DNA of 50,807 nt from a virus (Duplodnaviria > Caudoviricetes). How positions within the stretch are numbered: the first letter of the stretch is position 1; the number at the start of each line of letters is the position of its first letter. Both the position numbers and the translations under genes were made by a program. The notes below the pieces were generated by a model, which saw nothing but the letters and a program-made list of their open reading frames with translations, was not told where the DNA came from and did no database searches. The stretch is from the IMG/VR virus record IMGVR_UViG_3300028592_000019, positions 1 to 50,807 of that record; one strand, 5' to 3'. Below, piece after piece: positions 45,665-50,807 of the stretch.

Positions 45665-45666
45665 GG

Positions 45667-46182
45667 CTAGGCGCTCCTGCGCTTGGTTTGATGGAATGCG
45701 AGTTCGGGGAGTTGCTGGGCCGCCATGTGCGTCCACACCGCGAGGGCCATGCAGCGCTCGGTCACAAGGTCGTCCATGCTCACCCACAGGCGCCGTCGGC
45801 TTTCCTGTTTCACGGCCCGGACGGCTTCGGCGGCGTTGAGGCTGGCTTGCCCGGTATAGGTGCCGATCGCCTCGCCAAAACTCACGCGCTTGGCAACGCC
45901 AGGGAGGATGCCCTTGACCACGGTCCGGGCGACCACCTGCAAATCGCGCAACCGTTCAGCATCGCTGGCGATCAAGGCAACTGCTGAGATGGCTATGATC
46001 TCCGGCTTGTGGGCATCGATGGCCTGATAGATTTTGGTCTGCGCGTTGCGCCAGACCTCATCCTCGATATTCGACGGACTGCCGAACGTCAGGACGCCCG
46101 ACAGCGGCTTTTCAGCACCAGGCCTACCGAAGGCCCATCCAGCGCCCAAAGGGGCAAGGCTGAGTGCAAGAACGGGTTTCAT
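45667..46182 (-). CDS. RuvC-like protein, apparently catalytically degenerate
   Basis: VLALSLA..GAGWA, IAISA, CMALAVW where D/E/D would be expected. Confidence 0.55.
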   Translation of the reverse strand: MKPVLALSLAPLGAGWAFGRPGAEKPLSGVLTFGSPSNIEDEVWRNAQTKIYQAIDAHKPEIIAISAVALIASDAERLRDLQVVARTVVKGILPGVAKRVSFGEAIGTYTGQASLNAAEAVRAVKQESRRRLWVSMDDLVTERCMALAVWTHMAAQQLPELAFHQTKRRSA

Positions 46183-46673
46183 CGCGCCCTCGTCTCGTGG
46201 TGGTAGAGGGCGACCAGAACAGCTTCGGCGCGGCCATCATCCTTGACCCGCTTGAACAGGTCCGCATGGGCCGGGAAGCGGCGCGTGGCTAGTTGGCGGG
46301 AGCCGCCCTTATCGGCTGTGAGCCCGAAGTGCTTCTTCCACTTCTGGGGCGTCACTGTCTCGATGCCGAAGCCAAGGGCGCCGCAAGCGCCGTGCAAGGC
46401 CCCTGCCCCAAAGCCAAACTGAAACGCCTGCATGGCGCCATCTCTGGGCATTGGACCGACCTGTTCGATGACAGCGGTCGCACCGACGTCGATGAACTCG
46501 CGAAGGAGATTCCCCAGGTCGTGCACGTTGACGTGGTTCTTCGTCTTGTCCTTGCCGCCGATGCGCTTCACCACGGCGAACACCGGCATATCGGTGACGC
46601 TGATGATTTCGCCCACATCGGACAGGATTGCGATTGCCCCGCTCATGCCGGGGTCCATGCCGATGGTTGTCAT
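46179..46673 (-). CDS. RuvC-like Holliday junction resolvase
   Basis: IGMDPG, VIEQV, PQKWKK, DGRAEA. Confidence 0.82.
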   Translation of the reverse strand: MTTIGMDPGMSGAIAILSDVGEIISVTDMPVFAVVKRIGGKDKTKNHVNVHDLGNLLREFIDVGATAVIEQVGPMPRDGAMQAFQFGFGAGALHGACGALGFGIETVTPQKWKKHFGLTADKGGSRQLATRRFPAHADLFKRVKDDGRAEAVLVALYHHETRAR

Positions 46674-47068
46674 GCGGCGATCCTCCGCGCGGCGATCCAG
46701 TCCAGACAGGCGCGTTGGCGCTGTGCCGGTGGAAGCGCGCTGCCGACTTCCCGCATGAAGGTCGCAAGCCATGGCTCGTCACCATTCGGGCGCGGCGGCA
46801 GATCAACGGCGTACCGGGTCTTGCCCTTGGCATCGACATAGGCGCGAGGCCCGGCATAGGGCATCCATGCGAATGGCGGGACTTCGGCGGTGAACATGTC
46901 GAAGCGCTTTTGATCATCCAGCCAGCGGGTCACGGTGACGACGCCGCGCCCTGCGGCAATGATGGGGACCGGCTCGAATATCTTGCGCGTGCCCTTGCCG
47001 TTTGAGAGGGCTACGATGCGGTAGCGGCCTCTCGGGGCGCGGGTCATGTCGAGGTTCCAGCCGCTCAT
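46670..47068 (-). CDS. Hypothetical protein
   Basis: WNLDMTRAPRG; ATGA coupling. Confidence 0.6.
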   Translation of the reverse strand: MSGWNLDMTRAPRGRYRIVALSNGKGTRKIFEPVPIIAAGRGVVTVTRWLDDQKRFDMFTAEVPPFAWMPYAGPRAYVDAKGKTRYAVDLPPRPNGDEPWLATFMREVGSALPPAQRQRACLDWIAARRIAA

Positions 47069-47271
47069 CGCCGCGCCCTCTTGGTGATGCCGGCGGCGCG
47101 GGTGCGCTTCCAACGACGACGGGTGCGGGTTCCGGTCGAGTGCGATCGACCAGCCTTGCTGCCGGTGGGCGACAGGATGGATGAAGGAAGGTCGACGAAG
47201 TCAGGAGCGGCAGCAAGGCCGACACCGAACGACGAGGCGAGCATGGCGCCGATGATTGAGCCCATCCGCAT
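47065..47271 (-). CDS. Small basic hypothetical protein
   Basis: Coupled at both ends. Confidence 0.5.
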   Translation of the reverse strand: MRMGSIIGAMLASSFGVGLAAAPDFVDLPSSILSPTGSKAGRSHSTGTRTRRRWKRTRAAGITKRARR

Positions 47272-47735
47272 CAGTTCACCGTGTTCCCGGCAAGCTCGTT
47301 CAGCGCTTCGGCGCCCGCTGCCTGCTCTTCGTCGGTGACCTTCTGGATCGCTGCGCGCGCCGCGATTGCTGCAGCTTCGCCGGGCGTCGATACCGACTGC
47401 CCTTCGACCGGCTTGAACATGCTCATTTGGCCGCTGGCTTCGACGTACATCTCGACCAGATCGTCACCGACCGATTCCGCGTTCTTTTGAAGAAGGCGCT
47501 CGAGCTCGCGCTGGCGCAGAGCGGCGCGTACAATCTTCTGCGGGATACCGAGCTCCTTCTCCCGCGACTTGATTAGGGTCTGCTCGCGCTTCTTGATGTT
47601 TCCGGCTTTACCCCGCGCCGAAGCGAGGATTTCTTGGGCCTCGCCTCGCATCTCCTCGACTTCACCAACGAGATTTTCGAGGTCTTCCGGCTCATAGCTG
47701 TTGCGCCGCTGTTCTACTGGCTTTGCCTTGCTCAT
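47271..47735 (-). CDS. Hypothetical, weakly GapR/DUF2312-like DNA-binding protein
   Basis: LENLVGEVEE...KELGIPQKIVRAALRQR. Confidence 0.5.
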   Translation of the reverse strand: MSKAKPVEQRRNSYEPEDLENLVGEVEEMRGEAQEILASARGKAGNIKKREQTLIKSREKELGIPQKIVRAALRQRELERLLQKNAESVGDDLVEMYVEASGQMSMFKPVEGQSVSTPGEAAAIAARAAIQKVTDEEQAAGAEALNELAGNTVN

Positions 47736-47881
47736 GGCTTCACCCCGAGAAGAACAAGGGCGACGACGAACAGGGCGAAGAGGGTCACTGCCAGCCATGA
47801 GGCCACACGGCGGTCTGCGGCTTCACGGATGCCGAAGTCGTCGGGCAATGAGATGGGGATGCGCTTGCGTTCCGGATGCAC
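47732..47881 (-). CDS. Small single-TM protein
   Basis: AAAGGAG RBS before GTG 47881. Confidence 0.55.
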   Translation of the reverse strand: MHPERKRIPISLPDDFGIREAADRRVASWLAVTLFALFVVALVLLGVKP

Positions 47882-47883
47882 GG

Positions 47884-48423
47884 TTATGCTCCTTTGGGTG
47901 GGGATGGCTGGGGAGAGATGGCTGGCGCGGCTTCCTGATCGCCCCAAAGGAGGCGCGTCAGGTCGGCGTTGATGTGTGAGAATTCCCAATAGCCATCGAA
48001 CTCGACGCGGCCATATTCGCCAGTCTGCGGAGCGTTCCAGCGAAACGAAGCCCAGACACAGTGACCGACGGCAAACCCTGCCGCTTCGGCAGCGGTGATG
48101 ATTTGCTCGGCCATCGCAGGAATGCCGTCATCAGCATTGAAGGCTTCGTGCGGCATCGAGTTGGGGTATGCCTCGATGACGTGGGAGCCGTGTTCATTGC
48201 GTCCATCAAGGAACAGAGCGCATCCATCCTTGAGCGCAGCGAAATGGCCTGCCGTCCGCTCGCGCTCGGCATTGATGGCCTTAGCAATCTCTGCCTTCAG
48301 AGCATCACGCGCCTCGGTGCCGTTCGGGTCCAAGCCCTCGAACTCTCCGCCCTGAATGCGGGCCTCGAATGCGAAGACGGCAATCTCAGCAGCCTTCTGG
48401 ATATCGGTGGGGATGGCGGTCAT
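47884..48423 (-). CDS. Hypothetical protein
   Basis: In operon; IPTDIQKAA, IAKAINAERER. Confidence 0.65.
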   Translation of the reverse strand: MTAIPTDIQKAAEIAVFAFEARIQGGEFEGLDPNGTEARDALKAEIAKAINAERERTAGHFAALKDGCALFLDGRNEHGSHVIEAYPNSMPHEAFNADDGIPAMAEQIITAAEAAGFAVGHCVWASFRWNAPQTGEYGRVEFDGYWEFSHINADLTRLLWGDQEAAPAISPQPSPPKGA

Positions 48424-48611
48424 GCGCGCTTCTCCCAGCCCAACAGGCCAGCAGATGATGGCGCTGGGTCGAGCCGCCGCATGTCATCAAGTGCTTGCTC
48501 TGCGATGCCGAAGGGCGATGCTCCGCCGGCGTGCCCGTTGACAATCTTGCCGAGCGCTTCGCGGGCAATCTTCACCTGTTTCTGGAGGTCGATGATCCGC
48601 TGCTTGCTCAT
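48420..48611 (-). CDS. Hypothetical protein
   Basis: ATGA coupling. Confidence 0.6.
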   Translation of the reverse strand: MSKQRIIDLQKQVKIAREALGKIVNGHAGGASPFGIAEQALDDMRRLDPAPSSAGLLGWEKRA

Positions 48612-48919
48612 GCCGCGATGCTCACGGCTTCGGCGCTACATGGGTTCCAGCCCCCTGCCCGGCGCGCTGCATTGTCATTGGCCACGCCGTATTGGCGATC
48701 CTTGGCCCGTGCCCAGTCCATGTGGCGGCTGTCGACGGTGCGAGCATCGTCATCGGTCGCATACCAAAGGTCGCGAACCGTCCCGGCACCGATGTCCTTG
48801 CCCGATTGGGCAGAGATCATGGAGGCGAGATAGCCGATCTTTCCATCACGCTTGAGGTGAGGGACGTTGGCGGCTGCGATGCGGTGAAGCATGTCGCGAA
48901 GTTCTGCGCGGGGCGTCAT
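48608..48919 (-). CDS. Hypothetical (possible CII-position regulator)
   Basis: ATGA coupling; TVRDLWY HTH-like. Confidence 0.5.
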   Translation of the reverse strand: MTPRAELRDMLHRIAAANVPHLKRDGKIGYLASMISAQSGKDIGAGTVRDLWYATDDDARTVDSRHMDWARAKDRQYGVANDNAARRAGGWNPCSAEAVSIAA

Positions 48920-49356
48920 GACACGACCCAATCACGGATTGCGTCAGCCAGTTTCGAGCGGAGCCTGCGCCCCTCCCGTTCACGGTTGCGCTCAAAATTG
49001 CGGGCACGCTGGGCGCTGATCTTGTGTTGCAGCGACATGGAGCGATTGACGGCAAGATCAGGATCAAGCGCCGAAACCGATGTCCCAGCCTTTTCCCGAG
49101 CCAGATCACTTGCGCTCTTGGCTAGAAACTCCGCCAAGTCCTTCTGCACGGGGTGCTCGGAAGTGTTGGGATCGATCTTGGGCCGCGACGAAAACAGAGT
49201 GGGGACAAAGTCAAAGGTAAGCGGCGCCACCTCTCTCGGGATCGCAGCGGCAGGACCAAGCCCCATTACCGATATGTCAGTTGCGACGGCCTTTGCCATC
49301 GACGGCCCAGCGGCAACAGCGCCGCCCATAAGCCCAAAGAAACTCCGGCGCTTCAT
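48916..49356 (-). CDS. Protein with twin-arginine-like leader
   Basis: MKRRSFFGLMGGAVAAGPSMAKA. Confidence 0.6.
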   Translation of the reverse strand: MKRRSFFGLMGGAVAAGPSMAKAVATDISVMGLGPAAAIPREVAPLTFDFVPTLFSSRPKIDPNTSEHPVQKDLAEFLAKSASDLAREKAGTSVSALDPDLAVNRSMSLQHKISAQRARNFERNREREGRRLRSKLADAIRDWVVS

Positions 49357-49961
49357 GCTGCACCTGCCAGAATGGCATTGGCGTCGGGCTTGTAGAAATC
49401 ACCGTGGCGCTGCGCTGCCACCTGCTGATAGGCTGCGCTTGCCTCCTCAGCGGTATCGAAAGCCCCAAGGTGATGGTGCTCGCCACAGATCGTTATCTGC
49501 GCAATCCACCGCGACCACCGTGCATTCCAGCTCACACCTTTGAACCCACTCTTGTTCGTGGATGGCGCTCTGGAATTGTGAGCGTTCTGCGCCTTCGTCG
49601 CCGGTCGCAGATTGGCGGGCCGATTGTCCGTCACGACCCCATTGATATGGTCCAGGGTCTGGGGGAGATGGGCCATCTCAATGCCATGATGCATCGCGAA
49701 CACCACGCGGTGCGCGGCATACCGGACATCGTTCACGCAAACCTTGAGGTAGCCGCCAGGGCCTATCGCCCCTGCCCTGCGCCCTGCATAGCGCGTCAGC
49801 CAAGTGCTGCACCCGCGAAGGGTGGCGAAGTGCTCACGCGGACGATGGAGCCAAGTTAGAACGCCAGTGTCGCTGTCGAGCGAAAGGCACTCGTGTAGAT
49901 AAGCCAGTGTCGGAAGCGTGCTGGCTGAATGTTCAGACGGAATAACTGACAATTCGGACAT
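49353..49961 (-). CDS. HNH-AP2 homing-type endonuclease
   Basis: AHRVVF, DHING..DNRPANLR, SGFKGVSW, LGAFDTAEEA. Confidence 0.9.
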   Translation of the reverse strand: MSELSVIPSEHSASTLPTLAYLHECLSLDSDTGVLTWLHRPREHFATLRGCSTWLTRYAGRRAGAIGPGGYLKVCVNDVRYAAHRVVFAMHHGIEMAHLPQTLDHINGVVTDNRPANLRPATKAQNAHNSRAPSTNKSGFKGVSWNARWSRWIAQITICGEHHHLGAFDTAEEASAAYQQVAAQRHGDFYKPDANAILAGAA

Positions 49962-50030
49962 TCCTTATGGCAAACAGAGGCCGTGGCGCGGTGATGCGCA
50001 TGGAGGCTGTGGTGTTGAATTCGGTGTTGG

Positions 50031-50255
50031 TTAGCTGGCCACGGCCATGAGGGGCGGAGGCGCTGTCGCCTCGCCGTAGATGTCGGGCCGCAGGTCATGG
50101 CGCGAGACGCCAGTGACGGCCTCGACCGCCAGCACTCGCCCCACCGGGCACACTTCCCACTGAGAAATCGCCTGAGACGTGATGTTCCCAAGCGCCTTGG
50201 CTAGCTTGGTAGCGCCGCCGGCCTTCTCGATTGCTGTCTTCAGTGCGTTTTCCAT
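50031..50255 (-). CDS. cro: Cro/YdaS-like repressor
   Basis: AGGATKLAKAL..ITSQAISQW..LRPDIYG; divergent from cI. Confidence 0.9.
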   Translation of the reverse strand: MENALKTAIEKAGGATKLAKALGNITSQAISQWEVCPVGRVLAVEAVTGVSRHDLRPDIYGEATAPPPLMAVAS

Positions 50256-50264
50256 GACTGCATT

Positions 50265-50324
50265 GAAAGCACAGCTTTCCGTTTGATGCAAGCGAAACTT
50301 TCGATGATTGAAAGCTTAGATTTC
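50265..50324. promoter_or_regulatory. OR-like operator triplet
   Basis: GAAAGCacaGCTTTC 50265-50279; GCAAGCgaaACTTTC 50288-50302; GAAAGCttaGATTTC 50310-50324. Confidence 0.82.
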
Positions 50325-50339
50325 GGCAATCTCTGCGCC

Positions 50340-50807
50340 ATGGATACCATTGCTGCCAGAATCAAGTTTGTCCGGAAGAGCGCCGGCCTCTCCCAAGAAG
50401 CCTTTGGCAAAGCGCTGGGCGTGTCCCGCGGCGCCGTGGGCAATTGGGAACTGGACAAGGACATCGGCAAAGACAACCTCCTCGCCATCGCGAAAGAGTG
50501 GCGCGTGAGCCTGGATTGGCTGATGAACGGGAAGGGCGAAGCGCCGGATCGCGACGACATCCTCGGAACTGAAGTCTTCAAGGACAATGCGCCGAAGGCG
50601 TATTCCACCTTCGACCCTGACGAGGAATGGAAGCCTGAGACAGAGTTTGAGGGCGAAGCTTATACCCGCGAGATGTGGACGCCGCGCCAGCCCGGCGCAC
50701 TGCCCGAACTGGATCTCAAGGTCGGTGCCGGCGAAGGTTCTGTGGGCGATATCCTGGTGCTCGAGCACAAGGGCCATGCCTACTCTGGCCATCTTATCGT
50801 GGACGAA
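50340..50807 (+). CDS. cI: CI-like repressor 5' part (second allele; runs off the end)
   Basis: MDTIAARIKFVRKSAGLSQEAFGKALGVSRGAVGNWE; open to the end of the window. Confidence 0.92.
   Translation, partial: MDTIAARIKFVRKSAGLSQEAFGKALGVSRGAVGNWELDKDIGKDNLLAIAKEWRVSLDWLMNGKGEAPDRDDILGTEVFKDNAPKAYSTFDPDEEWKPETEFEGEAYTREMWTPRQPGALPELDLKVGAGEGSVGDILVLEHKGHAYSGHLIVDE
50407..50807. repeat. Right copy of imperfect 401-bp terminal repeat
   Basis: Matches 1-401. Confidence 0.95.

Noticed and set aside
50256-50339. CtrA boxes in the immunity region
   Set aside because: No TTAA-N7-TTAA seen there by eye; a full motif scan was not possible
50407-50807. Physical direct terminal repeat of the virion DNA
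   Set aside because: It lies mid-cI and the copies differ at 18 sites after a 127-nt identical block; this fits assembly overlap plus an allele, not a packaged repeat

Overview
The window is an essentially complete, circularly permuted temperate siphophage genome with a unit length of about 50,406 bp and no host DNA. The host is probably an alphaproteobacterium (Hyphomicrobiales-like), inferred from CtrA-, GapR- and TolA-like genes and high GC. The sequence opens and closes inside the CI repressor gene: 1-401 repeats as 50407-50807, identical for 127 nt and then with 18 mostly synonymous differences. Gene order: cI operon; leftward-early operon (RecE/RecT, exonuclease, SSB, HNH, xis, int); intact attP carrying the 3' half of tRNA-Trp; DNA ligase; lysis cassette; a membrane glycosyltransferase moron; tail, head and packaging genes; late regulator; primase-helicase; two orphan methyltransferases; RuvC-like genes; cro. 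The most notable items are (i) a C5 DNA methyltransferase split over two nested reading frames, the inner frame carrying motif IX and four tandem W-x-T-P-like repeats; (ii) a portal protein fused to an Acb1-like 2H phosphoesterase; (iii) a secreted stand-alone TolA C-terminal-like domain in the repressor operon; (iv) antisense TIR and HEPN-like morons; and (v) hairpin-dense non-coding regions. All family calls are by motif recognition from memory, not database searches.
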